A stretch of 55,382 nt of DNA, taken from assembly GCF_000281045.1 (NCBI RefSeq), contig NW_008246090.1:347704-403085 (forward strand), given 5' to 3'. The notes under the pieces were generated by a model. That model saw only the letters and a program-made list of their open reading frames with translations. It was not told the origin of the DNA and ran no database searches. Origin of the DNA: Saprolegnia diclina VS20. Its lineage: Eukaryota. The translations under genes were made by a program, and so were the position numbers. Below are positions 22,833-34,240 of the stretch, piece by piece (position 1 is the stretch's first letter; every line of letters begins with the position of its first letter).

Positions 22833-24660
22833 TTTGCCCAACCGTTCCACCCAAAAATGCAATCAAGCCATTCCGAGCGCTTTTTAACACACTCGTAATA
22901 ATAACATGCTTGTTTCACGCTGCCGCCAACCACGAGAACAAAAAACACAGAAATGTAGGCCTGACGCACCAACAACGCGAATAATCTGCAGCCGCGTGGA
23001 TCAAGTGAGACCGCTAGGGCCTATCTGAAAGCCCGAAAGGTCCAGGGACAGCGTTGCATCGCTCTTGGCGCCAGCCCAATGTGTGTGGAATTAGCCATTC
23101 GATTGGGCTACACGGATTGGTTGGTCTCGGCCAATCCAAACGAAGCTGGTGACTAGTCGACGCAGAAGATCTCAGGACAATCAAATGATGCTGGACAGCT
23201 GGATGCTTGGGGTGTCTACTCCCTCGCATCTACGCTGTATTCGAGCGCGCTGAGCTACTCATACATCTGGAATTCCAGACCTACGGGTCGGGTCGTTTTG
23301 GGCTCCTGACGCGCTCTTTTGTCAGTCTCCCTCTTCTTCCCTCTGTCCAGTGCTCGAGTAGCCCGGCTGCTACTGTTGTTTGTCAGAACACCTATACCTG
23401 AGTGAGAAACGAGAAACCCGAAGCTCAATCTTCACGACCGGCCCCACTTGATTTGGATCATCAGGCCGCTGTGAACTCGTCCTCCGAGAGTATCGGCCGT
23501 GCCGGTTTGGCGCTTCACGCATTCCATTGGCTATTGTTTTTGGATTTTAGACCAATCACACGCGATTATAAACCACCATGCCAGCTCGCCGAGCCGCTCT
23601 GTGCGCCAAATCGAGTTGGAAAATGAAAACGCTCCAACTTGGCAGAGTAAGAGAGTACTCTTTGGGGGTCATGAAATGCTACTCCACTTCGGCGTACGAG
23701 GCATGCAGCGATAATTATGCGTTGTCAAAATAGATTGCGGCACATGCCACGAATAAACAGTGATGTGCCACATTTAGCGACGGCGATTTCTCCAGCTAGA
23801 ATGGGCGATTTCAATGCATGATTTCAATGCGAAGAGAAAATCATCGAGGGCTTCTCGGATCGTTGGTTCAGTTCACATCTTCCACGCTCGGTATACAAAT
23901 AGCAAATACAGTAAAGAGGGTCCACCTATCGATTTTACACGTTTCAGCTTTTGCCCGCTGCCACCGTCGTGCGAGTCGTCCGGTACGATCCAGAGTTGGT
24001 TCGTCAAGCTCCTTCAGTTCATCGTCATGTTGTCTCAATCATTGGCATACCGCTTCTTCGTTATGACAACATGATTCCTACTATCCTGGCGGCGGCTTGA
24101 GCGTTGGCGCCGCGCTGCTGATTGTGGGCACTGTCGAGATCATCTACGAGCTCTGCCGCAAGCCGGCGTCGCAAATCATTATCGGTACTCGCTGCCTGCA
24201 GCTCGAAGCGTTCGCCATCACGCGAGCGAGTTCCGCCGACCGCATGCAGTTGGTGGACCAGCTCAGCCTCTTTCTCGCCAAAAAACAGTAGCTGGACAGA
24301 GTCTTTGTAAGCAAACAACACATGAGCCCCATTTGCGTACCCAAGTGCTGAGTCTCTTCCAGTGATGCAGGTATCAGACGACGCGTAGCCATAATATACT
24401 GAGCAGCCGTGTTGTGCATAGCATGGTCTTAGCTTATATGGTCTCAGCTCATGGTCTTGCGCTGACCGCAACGCACGAGCGCTGCGTCAACACTTGGTGC
24501 ACCCTTGACAAAGGTTACTCACCACGCGCGGCGTCATGCCACCACCGTCAACTTGAAACATTAAGCGACAAACCTGTAACTGGCACGGCGTCGTTACCGT
24601 TTCGTCAGCTCAGCTTGCACTAGTGTTTCAACCGCAGGTCACCTCGTCGCATCGGCGCTA

Positions 24661-27600
24661 ATGCAGATTCACGTTCGCCCGTCCGTGGCCACGGGTCCTG
24701 TCATTTCCCGCCCTTCAGCCCCGCACGTGCTTCGCCACTTGCGTAACCACCGCCTCGTCGAGCTCCGCGGCATGCTCTCTGTCGTGGCCTCGATTGGTCT
24801 CAGCACCTACGCCCTCGTTATCTTTGCCTCGTACCTCGAGACCGACTATTTCGTGCCCAACTTTAGCGCAGCAGCACCTATCCTTGTCGCCATCCTCAAC
24901 CACCACCTCGCTCTCTCAAGGTCCGCCGCCATCGACGTCCTCGCACCTCAAGCAGCCTTCGTACCGTCACTTCAAGGCACGAGCCCAGCGTATCCGCGCC
25001 TCATCATGTACCAAGAGCTCACACGTCTCCTCGATGGCGTGCGAGGTCTGCGCCACCTTGACGCCACGCAGGTCGTCAAGATGGTTTCGCCCTACTGCTG
25101 GGCCGACCTCAACAAGACGTACGAGCTCGCTTACACTACCAAGCGCCAAGCGCGATGCTCACAGTATGAAGCCACAAACGGCGCTGTGCACCTCGAGACG
25201 GTGCTTCGCAACATTGATTTCAGCGGCTTTCTGGACGCGACCCAAGGTCTCTTTCTGTCGGCGATAGCGCATCCCATTGCACGAAGCGGATCTGCAGGCG
25301 CCGCGTGGCTCTCGTCTCTAGAGACGCATGTGTGGACGCCCGAGGCAGACGAAGTGGCGCTCTGGGTGTCGTACGGTCTTAACCATTACACGCTGCAGTA
25401 CGGCACCGGCATCAGCATCGGCGTATCCGAGTTGATCTGGGTCGAGACCGCACTCGGTCAGAGATTGTCGTTGCCGCTCAAGACGACGTCGACCAAAGAT
25501 CGATGGACTCTACGGACGACATGCGTGCTGTACGACCAACTCTATAGTGATTTGTACGCGATTGGGTCCAACCAGAGTCTCGTCCGGGGCACTTTGAACT
25601 ACTTTGGCGACATTGACCCGCACCAAATTGAATCTTATGCGGTCAGGCGTCCACTCCAACCAGTGCAACAGGCCATCCACGACAACCTTGGCCCTTTCGG
25701 TAGCATTGACGCCAAGTGGGTACCGCCGCCACCGCGCCTTCTCGCAGCGGTCGTAGCGTTCGACGCAGCTCTCATCCCAGCGCTTGTGACGGCGCTGCCA
25801 ACGGTCGACATGTCCCGCGAGACGCTATTGGTGACGCCTCGGCGTTGGAGACATCGCGAGCTCGGCTTTGTCTCGGGCAATCCCATGTGCACTCTGGGAC
25901 GACCGCAGAGCTTCGTCCAGCAAACGTTTCGATTCGATGACGACTGCAGCAGCCATAGACCGTTGACGCTCGAGTGGCACACCTTCAACGCTATCTTTGC
26001 TCTCTGGCTTCTCGGCGGCTCCGTGTCAACGAGCGATGTCTGCGCTTCGTTTCCGACCGACTCTGTGGCCTGTCAGCGACTTTTCGCCAAAGCCAGCTTG
26101 CTATATGGTGCATTGTCTCTACCCCCGCTCAACCCGGCGTTGCTATCAGATCTTATATCGCTGGACATGGGATTTCTCCAGATCTTGTACACCAACCAGA
26201 CAGCCCTCACGATCGACCAGCAGCTGCTCCTCGCACCTGACTTTTCATTTCTCGGTGCCTCCTATCTCTACGACTGGGCGCTCAACTTGCGCGAGGTCGT
26301 CTCGTTTCGAGGCGACGTGACTTCGTACACGCTCCTCTCTGGCCTGTACGCTCCGATGGTCTCGGACCCGATCGTGCCACCGGCTGCGTTCGGACCCTAC
26401 CTCTGGCTCTCGGCCTCGATCACCACAAGTACTCTAGCCATGGTAGCTCTTGTGGTGCTACTGCTTCGCTGCTGCAGCGGCAAGGTCGAGCCCGCGTGGA
26501 CGAGCTTTACGCCGTTAGTCGCGTCGGTCTATGTCAATTGGAACATTCTGCTCCTCCGCAGCGCAGCGGCCATCTTGTGCCTCGCCACAGTCCCCCTCGA
26601 TACAACGACAACACCCAGTGGACTGAACCGGCTCCTGGCAGCGCGGCGGTCGTTTCTGCTCTCGAGTATCTTGGCTCTCGAGTCTCTCTGGCTTGTGCAC
26701 GTGATTCACGACATGCTCCTACCGCTCGCTACGTGGCGACAACTTCCAATGGCGTGCGTCGTCTGGCTCGTCATCGTACTCTTGGACCAATGCTCCCCAC
26801 TTGATCTTTCGGTGACGCTGCATCGTCAGTGCTATGCTGTCAATATGGACTATATGACGTATTGTTCCAGCGGAACAGTTCGTGTCGGCCACCTGGATCG
26901 ATGTGTACTTCTTCTAAGCATCGTTGGCTCGGTGGTGGCAGCCTCGCTGGTATCTTCTCGTTGGCGGCACCGTGTCTCTCCTAACACATTCCGAAAACAC
27001 CTGAGCGCGATCTTTCCACCGAGGGCTCCGTCGACGCTGACAGCCTCTCAGACGACGCGACCCATTTTGGGGATTGACGCTATCATGTGCGGCATCGTGC
27101 CGCTGCGATGGCACGGTACGCAGTACTTGTTTGATCTCAAGGTCTGGCTCTGGCTCCACCTTGATGAACTGGAACCTGTCGCGGACAAGCCGTCGCCCAT
27201 ACTGCCGTTCAGCGCACCAACCCTGCCCACCAAGCCGACCAACGCAACTTTGGACAGGCCGACTTTGCTTGGTATGCGCTCGGCGCAGCGCCTCCTTGGC
27301 CTTATGGGGATGGGCTACATAGGCATCACTCTCTGGAGTAACGCTGCGTACTTGAACGTCCTGGAGACGGCGCTGGCCAACGACTATGGCTGGGCCGGCT
27401 TCAACGCTACTGGGATGCACGCCTTCCTCGCCAACACTTTCAACCGCCAGCTTCTCATGTCCACCGACGCTTCAATTGCACTGCACGACCCAGCGTTCGG
27501 GGATCCACTGCAGTCGTACAACACGTCGGCCACCACTGTCGCGTGGTATCCCTCGGTGGCGCGCCGGTACCTCTTCAATGCATCGACGCCGTTGCACGAG

Positions 27601-29913
27601 CTGGTGGCAGGTCTCCGGGCCCTACATCCGTGTCAACTACCGTGGATGTTTACGCAGTACTGCTGGCTGGACCTGGATCAGAAATGGGAGATGGCCAGCA
27701 CGAGCCAGCGACAGGTTCGGTGTGCAGCTCTCAGTCAGCACAACGGTGCCCGGTATCTCGAGACGAGTCTGCGCAATGTACGAGACTGGACTTTATGGCG
27801 ATCGTGCTGGGGTACCTCGTTCGACATTGGCATCGGCAACGACCTGGCAGCGTCCGTAGTAGGTCGTCAGTGGCTCCAGCGTGTCCAAGCAAATACCTTG
27901 TCCGTGTCAGAAGAAGTCGCATACTGGGTGAACCATGGCCTCTCGGTGTTCTTGCTGCAGTGGCAAAACTTCAAAGACACGGGTCTCAGTGACGCGATGG
28001 TCATTTCGACGCCGTTTGGGCTCTCGTACACGCTGCCTATCAGTGAGCGCCGCGGCGCCGTACATCTCGACTACCAGACGTCGCATCGCATGTACTGGGG
28101 ACTCGCGAGTGACCTCTGGGCCGTGAGCAATAACGCGACCAGCGTCGGCGGCTTGTCGCTCTTGCGCAACAGTCCCCACTTTGCCTTTGCCAACGCGACA
28201 CGCGCGAGTTTGCTCTTCGAGAATCTGACGCTCTCGTCGCCGCTCAACGCTGGTTTGGCGCTGTATAATAGCTCGTTGGGGCCATTTGGCGCTGTCGACA
28301 TGGTGTTCGTAAGCTGTCCGACGTCGCTTCTCGCACTCTACCGCTACGTCCTGCAAGCGATCGCGACTGTGACCAGCACCAACCTTGAAGCACAGAGGCA
28401 ATTTCTCCATCTGCCTGCCAAGACATACATCGGTCAAGTGCCCAAGCATTTACTGAACGACGCCAGTCTGCGCCTTGTGGGGGGTGACCTCATGTGCGGC
28501 AGCGTCCTTCCGGGATCTCCGCCTTCCAACGCCCTGTTTGCATTATTTGGCTTGGACGCGGTATGCGGCTCGCGGTACCTGGACTTTTTCACCCCGTCCA
28601 CGACCGGTCTCGTCTTTGCACTTGCTGCGTTTGATGCAGTGCATCGCATCGAGCCAACTATCGATTTGGGAGCCTTCTGTGCGAGTGATGTCTACGCCGA
28701 GCCCAACTGCGAGGCCATCTACAGCGCGTCATACACCTACGCGAGGACCTATTTTTCAGGTTCAACAACGCTCCAAGCGTTGGCTGTCGCCGCCGAGGTC
28801 GACACCCGATCTCTCTATATCGAGATGACCCAGTACATCAACCGCAGCGGCATTATCGAACTGTACCGAATCAATATTCTGGATCTGACCGTCCGCTCCT
28901 GGACGTTCTTTGGTTGGAACTATTTGGCCGAGTGGGTCGTCGGTCAGCGGGAAGTTGTCTCGTTCCAAGGTGACGGCGGCACCGTCACATCGATATCTCG
29001 CTACACGCCCCTCGCAACGCTCTCTCTCACCGAGGCAGCGATCCCAACGCGACTCTCGTACAGCTGTCAGCAGTGCGTCCGGTACGTCACTGGTGCCATC
29101 ATGGTGGGTGCGGGGGTTGCTGCCTACTACGCCATCTTTGTTTGCCACGGCTGCATTGAAGGCATGAACCTCTTCGCGGTGAACCGACTCCTTGGCCACG
29201 CGTGGATTGGCCGAACGCTGCTCATCATCCGAGGAATCACGGCGCTTTGGCTGCTCAACACACCGCCCCTACAGCTACTGGCATTTGGCGTCGGTGCTCG
29301 CTTTCAAGTGTCGCCGCTTGGGTGGTTCCCGACGCTCCTCGCTTCGTCCGAGCTCACATGGCTGGTCTACATCGCCAACGACCTCTTCAGCTGTGTTACG
29401 CGGCAGTACACACAACTCTACGCCTGGAAGAGCTCGGTCGCAGCGTGCTTATTCGCAGCAGCCTGGTCGTTCAAGGACCCCCGAGAGTACACGACCTACG
29501 TGCGCCGGAGCTGCAACTACATTGACATGGATGTGGCTCTGAGCTGCAAAAGTGGCTACATCGAGCTCGGCCTTTGGCGCCGCGTCGGCGTTGACGTCGG
29601 CCTCTGTCTCAGCTGTGTCTTTTTGGCGGCTTGTGTCGAGCGACTACGGCATCCGCATCTTTTGGCGCCACCCAAACCGTCACTCTTGCTCAATGCGACG
29701 AGTGTCTACTCGTTGGAAATGGCCAACTGGACAGTAGACGGCGACGTCTACTTGGACCGCATGTCAGCCGCGTTGACGGGCTTGTTTACATGGCGAGTGC
29801 GCGGCGTTATACATGTGTTTGACATCAAGAGCTGGCGGCATTTCACAGCCACGCCCGAATCCAAGAGCCTCTTGGACCCGGCCTTTGTCCTACCCCTCCA
29901 CCGCATTTGCTGA
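24661..29913 (+). CDS. Large intronless multi-pass membrane protein with two-fold internal duplication (oomycete-type uncharacterised family)
   Basis: 1750-aa uninterrupted ORF. The two halves share motifs: YCWADLNKTYELAYTTKRQARC vs YCWLDLDQKWEMASTSQRQVRC, LETVLRN vs LETSLRN, REVVSFRGD vs REVVSFQGD, FDLKVW vs FDIKSW. Multiple TM segments. Confidence 0.85.
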   Translation: MQIHVRPSVATGPVISRPSAPHVLRHLRNHRLVELRGMLSVVASIGLSTYALVIFASYLETDYFVPNFSAAAPILVAILNHHLALSRSAAIDVLAPQAAFVPSLQGTSPAYPRLIMYQELTRLLDGVRGLRHLDATQVVKMVSPYCWADLNKTYELAYTTKRQARCSQYEATNGAVHLETVLRNIDFSGFLDATQGLFLSAIAHPIARSGSAGAAWLSSLETHVWTPEADEVALWVSYGLNHYTLQYGTGISIGVSELIWVETALGQRLSLPLKTTSTKDRWTLRTTCVLYDQLYSDLYAIGSNQSLVRGTLNYFGDIDPHQIESYAVRRPLQPVQQAIHDNLGPFGSIDAKWVPPPPRLLAAVVAFDAALIPALVTALPTVDMSRETLLVTPRRWRHRELGFVSGNPMCTLGRPQSFVQQTFRFDDDCSSHRPLTLEWHTFNAIFALWLLGGSVSTSDVCASFPTDSVACQRLFAKASLLYGALSLPPLNPALLSDLISLDMGFLQILYTNQTALTIDQQLLLAPDFSFLGASYLYDWALNLREVVSFRGDVTSYTLLSGLYAPMVSDPIVPPAAFGPYLWLSASITTSTLAMVALVVLLLRCCSGKVEPAWTSFTPLVASVYVNWNILLLRSAAAILCLATVPLDTTTTPSGLNRLLAARRSFLLSSILALESLWLVHVIHDMLLPLATWRQLPMACVVWLVIVLLDQCSPLDLSVTLHRQCYAVNMDYMTYCSSGTVRVGHLDRCVLLLSIVGSVVAASLVSSRWRHRVSPNTFRKHLSAIFPPRAPSTLTASQTTRPILGIDAIMCGIVPLRWHGTQYLFDLKVWLWLHLDELEPVADKPSPILPFSAPTLPTKPTNATLDRPTLLGMRSAQRLLGLMGMGYIGITLWSNAAYLNVLETALANDYGWAGFNATGMHAFLANTFNRQLLMSTDASIALHDPAFGDPLQSYNTSATTVAWYPSVARRYLFNASTPLHELVAGLRALHPCQLPWMFTQYCWLDLDQKWEMASTSQRQVRCAALSQHNGARYLETSLRNVRDWTLWRSCWGTSFDIGIGNDLAASVVGRQWLQRVQANTLSVSEEVAYWVNHGLSVFLLQWQNFKDTGLSDAMVISTPFGLSYTLPISERRGAVHLDYQTSHRMYWGLASDLWAVSNNATSVGGLSLLRNSPHFAFANATRASLLFENLTLSSPLNAGLALYNSSLGPFGAVDMVFVSCPTSLLALYRYVLQAIATVTSTNLEAQRQFLHLPAKTYIGQVPKHLLNDASLRLVGGDLMCGSVLPGSPPSNALFALFGLDAVCGSRYLDFFTPSTTGLVFALAAFDAVHRIEPTIDLGAFCASDVYAEPNCEAIYSASYTYARTYFSGSTTLQALAVAAEVDTRSLYIEMTQYINRSGIIELYRINILDLTVRSWTFFGWNYLAEWVVGQREVVSFQGDGGTVTSISRYTPLATLSLTEAAIPTRLSYSCQQCVRYVTGAIMVGAGVAAYYAIFVCHGCIEGMNLFAVNRLLGHAWIGRTLLIIRGITALWLLNTPPLQLLAFGVGARFQVSPLGWFPTLLASSELTWLVYIANDLFSCVTRQYTQLYAWKSSVAACLFAAAWSFKDPREYTTYVRRSCNYIDMDVALSCKSGYIELGLWRRVGVDVGLCLSCVFLAACVERLRHPHLLAPPKPSLLLNATSVYSLEMANWTVDGDVYLDRMSAALTGLFTWRVRGVIHVFDIKSWRHFTATPESKSLLDPAFVLPLHRIC

Positions 29914-30793
29914 GTGGTGCGAGCCATTGAAAAGGCAGAGCATACCACGTAGAGGAAGTATCGCCAAGACCTCGATAGGCCGCATCAGCATCGTCAGGAC
30001 GACACTATTGTTGATTAGCAGAGTTTGCATACACTAAGCATTACGAGCTTTTGTTTCTTGAGAGGATGTCAAGACGAGTCGTTGTCTTGTTGCCTCAACA
30101 TGGCTCGGCATCATCTTTGGTCGGGAAGCTCTGCACAGCGTTGAGGGTCACCAAAATCCTACTGTTCGCGCCGACGGCAGCGAGCGCATTTCCTCGGCGT
30201 CCAACGCGCTGTTGCCGAGCGACTACTATGCTTGACGTAACTTTGATCGACTGCGTTTGACCGTCGATGCGTGAACTAAAAGCAAGAGAGGCTGGTCGGA
30301 TTTTTCGAGTTCCACCTCACTTTGGGAATCACTTTTGCCTTATTTTATCCGGCATCTGGCCGGATATTAGCCAGCCCAGTCAGTTGAGATGGGACTCGGC
30401 GACGCGTTTTCTTCGATCGCGTTCGACTTCGACCTCGTATTTTGAGGGTGACCACGGGCCCAAGGTCACGATGGGGGAGACAAAGCCGACGCGCGGCGCG
30501 GCGACGCTCCAAATCGTTCAGCCATGGACGTAGAGCCACCCGCGCCCGTCACGGACGATCTGCCACCAACCACGGACGACCTGCCGGTGGCTGCGAACGA
30601 CCCACTGCCGGCGCCGACGCCTTGACGACTATACCGCTGTAGCCAGCATAAAAGTCCTAGTCTCCGTCAAGTGCTTGGAGCGCAGGGGCTTGTAGTGAGC
30701 GATGGAGTTGACAAGGCTGCGAAATGATGGTCGGAAGCACCGCAGGTGTTGATAATCCTCTGCTTGGCGGGCAAAACGTTATGCAGTTCACCA

Positions 30794-30927
30794 ACGAACC
30801 GAAAACGTAACCGGTGTCACGAGCCGAAAAAACGTAACCGGTGTCACGAACCGCAAAAACGTAACCGGTGTCACGAACCGCAAAACCGTACCTGGTGTTA
30901 CGAACCGGTAATCGTAGCCGGTGTCAC
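30794..30927. repeat. ~27-bp minisatellite, ~5 degenerate copies
   Basis: Unit ACGAACCGCAAAAACGTAACCGGTGTC repeated head-to-tail with no unique spacers. Confidence 0.9.
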
Positions 30928-31097
30928 AACTAACCGACACTCCGCCCTATCTAGGAATCGGCACATGCCATATATAATATGTGCTGCCATCGGATTGGCT
31001 CTTTGCGTGCTGCTTCAATTGGTTGAATTGGTTGGCCATTGGCGCCATGTGATTGGTTGCTGCACTTTTGTAGCATTGGCCATCAGACACAGCGAGC

Positions 31098-33750
31098 ATG
31101 AGCACCCGCCTCTTCGTGCAGAACCTGCCCATCTATGTGGACGATGAGAAGCTCCGGAAGCACTTTGCGGCCAACGGCGAAGTCACGGACGCGTGCGTCG
31201 TCAAGACCAAGGACGGCAAGTCGCGCCGCTTTGGCTTTGTCGGCTACAAGACTGAGGCGCAGACCGTGAAGGCGCAGGCTTTTTTTGACAAGACGTTCTT
31301 CGACACGACGCGGATCACTGTCAAGATTGCGCAGCCGCGCGAGTCGAGTGAGCTGGACCGGCCGTGGAGCAAGTACTCGAAGGGCAGCTCGCGCCACGCC
31401 GAAGAGACCAAGGCGCCGGAAGACGCGACGCTGCCAGAGGAACCCAAGAATGCAAATGAGACGCGGAAAAAGAAGGGCAAGAAGACGACAGGCGAGGACA
31501 GCGCGTTCGATGAGTTTGTCGAGACGATGCAGCCGCGATCGCAGACCAAGTTCTGGGCCAACGACGACGTCATGGCCGCGGGCGGGGCCGAGAGCCTCGA
31601 CAAGATCGCCGAAGGCTCGGACGATGGCGGCTCGGACGACGAGTACCAAGACCTGAGCAAGATCCACGACAAGATGAACGCGGACGAGGACAGCGACGGC
31701 GAGGACAATGAAGACGACTTTGACAAGTCGATTGCGCCGACGAAGAAGCCCATCTCGGATCTCGACTTTCTCAAGTCCAAGATGGTCAAGACCATCGCGA
31801 GTGATGACGAAGACGACGAGGACGAGGACGACAGTGACAATGATGGCAGTGACAATGACGGCGACAGTGACAATGACGGCGACAGTGAAGACCTGAATGA
31901 CGAAGACGACGACAAGACGACGAAAAAGACATCCAAGTCGGCGTCCTCGTCGTCGGCCAAGCCGTCCGAAGCGTCAAGTGACGTCGCGCCGTCGTCGCGG
32001 CTCTTTGTGCGCAACCTGCCGTACTCGGCGGTCGAAGAAGACTTGCAAGAGCTCTTTGCGGGCTACGGCACGATCACGGAGCTGCACATGCCGCTCGACG
32101 ACAGCAAGCGAACAAAAGGCTTTGGCTTCATCATGTTTGCGTCGCAAGCCGAAGCTACAGCCGCGCGCACGGCTTTGGACGGCAAGGCGTTTCAAGGCCG
32201 CCTCTTGCACATCCTCCCGGCCAAGGGCAAGCTCGAGCCCGAGGCGCTTGTCGATACGGCCAACCTCACGTACAAGCAGAAGAAGGAGATCGAGCGCAAG
32301 CAGCTCGCGGCGTCCAAGGTCGGCTGGAACGCGTCGTTCATCCGCGGTGACGCGACCGTCGACGCGCTCGCATCGCGCTTGAACGTCAAGAAGGGCGAGA
32401 TTCTCGACAAGGACGCTGGCAACATGGCCGTGCGCCTCGCCATTGGTGAGACGATGCTGCTGCAGGAGAACCAAGCGTTCTTCGAGCAAGAGGGCGTCGA
32501 CCTCCGCGTCATTGAAGGTGCGGCGGCCGCCAAGGGCAAGAAAGGACCGTCCATCGAGCGTAGCAACACGGTGTTGCTTGTCAAGAACCTGCCGTTCACG
32601 ACCGACGAGACGGCACTCGCGCAGCTCTTCCGCACGTACGGTGAGCTCAGCCGCTTTGTGCTGCCGCCATCCAAGACCATGGCGCTCATCGAGGTACATC
32701 ATGATGACATTCCAACGCAACTCAATTGTGTGCATGTAGTTTGTCGAAGCGTCCGAAGCCCGCAAGGCGTTCCGGTCGCTCGCCTACAAGAAGTTTCAGA
32801 CCATGCCGCTCTACTTGGAATGGGCGCCGGTCAAAGTCTTCAAGGGCGCGGCGACGATGAACTATGCCGAGAAGATCAAGGTACAAATGATACGCGCTCG
32901 GAGCTCGATTCCTCAAAGTGGGGTGTAGGCGCAAGCACAAGCGGCGGCCCCCGCGCTGCCCGATGTCGAAGCCGACAATGTGGCCGAGCTCGACAACACG
33001 CTGTGTGTCAAGAACCTCAACTTTAGCACTTCGGAGAAGAGCCTCCAGACTCTGTTTGAAAAGGTAATTTTGCGTTTCGTATTGAGATTGCACTTGCCAT
33101 ATGTGCAATCTCGCAGATGGGCACGGTGCGCAAGGCGACAATTGCTCGCAAGAAGGACCCGAAGACGCAAAAGCCGACGCTCTCGATGGGCTTTGGCTTT
33201 GTCGAGTATAGCACCGCGGCCGCCGCCAAGAAGGCGATGGCTGGCCTCCACGGCACGCTGCTCGACGGCCACGCGATCGACATCAAGCTCTCCAAGAAGC
33301 AGCTCGCGCCCGTCAAGAAGGCGACCGGCCCCAGCAAGAAGCCGAGCACCAAGGTCATTTGCCGCAACATTGCGTTCGAAGCGACGATCAAGGACATTCG
33401 CGAGCTCTTTGGTGCCTTTGGTCAGCTCAAGACCGTGCGCATGCCCAAGAAGTTTGACGGCAAGCACCGCGGTACGAACTCGATGTGCAAATGTGGTTTG
33501 GAGATTGAGATGATTGTTAGGGTTTGCCTTTATCGAGTTTCTCACGGAAGCCGAGGCCAAGAGCGCGTTTGCGTCCTTGGCGTCGTCGCACTTGTATGGC
33601 CGCCACTTGGTACTCGAGTGGGCCGACGACGCCGACGACATGGACACGTTGCGCGCCAAGGCGAGCCGTGACCTGGCGTCCATCGAGGACGGGCAGCGGG
33701 CCGCCAAGAAGCTCAAGAGCAAGGAAGTCGAAGACGACATGGATTTTTAA
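31098..33750 (+). CDS. RBM19: Multiple-RRM ribosome biogenesis factor RBM19/Mrd1, multi-exon
   Basis: MSTRLFVQNLP...GKSRRFGFVGYK, RLFVRNLPY, FQGRLLHILP, AVRLAIGET, LSMGFGFVEY, VRMPKKF, HLYGRHLVLEWA. Confidence 0.92.
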
Positions 33751-34240
33751 CTTTACTACACTACTAACCTATAACACTACCCCACTTCTCACGAGACTTT
33801 ATCCCAACTGATGATCGGTCGTGCGTCGCGCGAGGCGCTTGCATGTCCCAGCCTCCGACCGATCGCTAAAGGTTACAGCTCATTTCGCCTCCTGCCCTGC
33901 AAACCGACCGTGTCCCTTGCAGTCGACGCTGCCACGCGCCTCGTTCTCGTACCTTCGTCGGCCATCATCGCGGGTTCGCGGGCGGCGGACTGCTGGCCGC
34001 GTGCCATGCGCTAAGATCTTGGTTTTACGCCGCGCGTTATGATTGGCCAAAAAGCGACGCCGCCGAGCGCCCCATGTTCAAGGCAGTCTTTTTGTATGGG
34101 CAATGTATGGGCGATATTTAAATAAATTACCTTGGACTTTGTATAGCGAGGTATAAAAAGACGTTGTCCGGATAAGAAGCGTATCCCTGACTTTGACTGA
34201 GGCAAACCGCATTGGGCAGGAAGAGGCAGGCAGCAGCACG

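Noticed and set aside
21897..22898. 333-aa + strand ORF
   Set aside because: Antisense shadow of GINS3 with a non-ATG start and no recognisable motif. Many similar shadow ORFs (e.g. 16102..16965, 20129..21031, 37553..38527, 46230..47354) result from high GC3 on the opposite strand.
30524..30625. 33-aa Pro/Asp-rich micro-ORF (MDVEPPAPVTDDLPP...)
   Set aside because: Protein-like but too short, with no traceable downstream exons.
30794..30927. CRISPR-like array, or a real RNRCHEP-repeat protein (ORF 30746..31147)
   Set aside because: Units are contiguous with no unique spacers, no cas genes are present and the context is eukaryotic. The ORF has a non-ATG start and is just the translated minisatellite.
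31800..31890. GACAGTGACAATGACGGC-type repeats
   Set aside because: Ordinary low-complexity acidic linker (DSDNDG) within RBM19.
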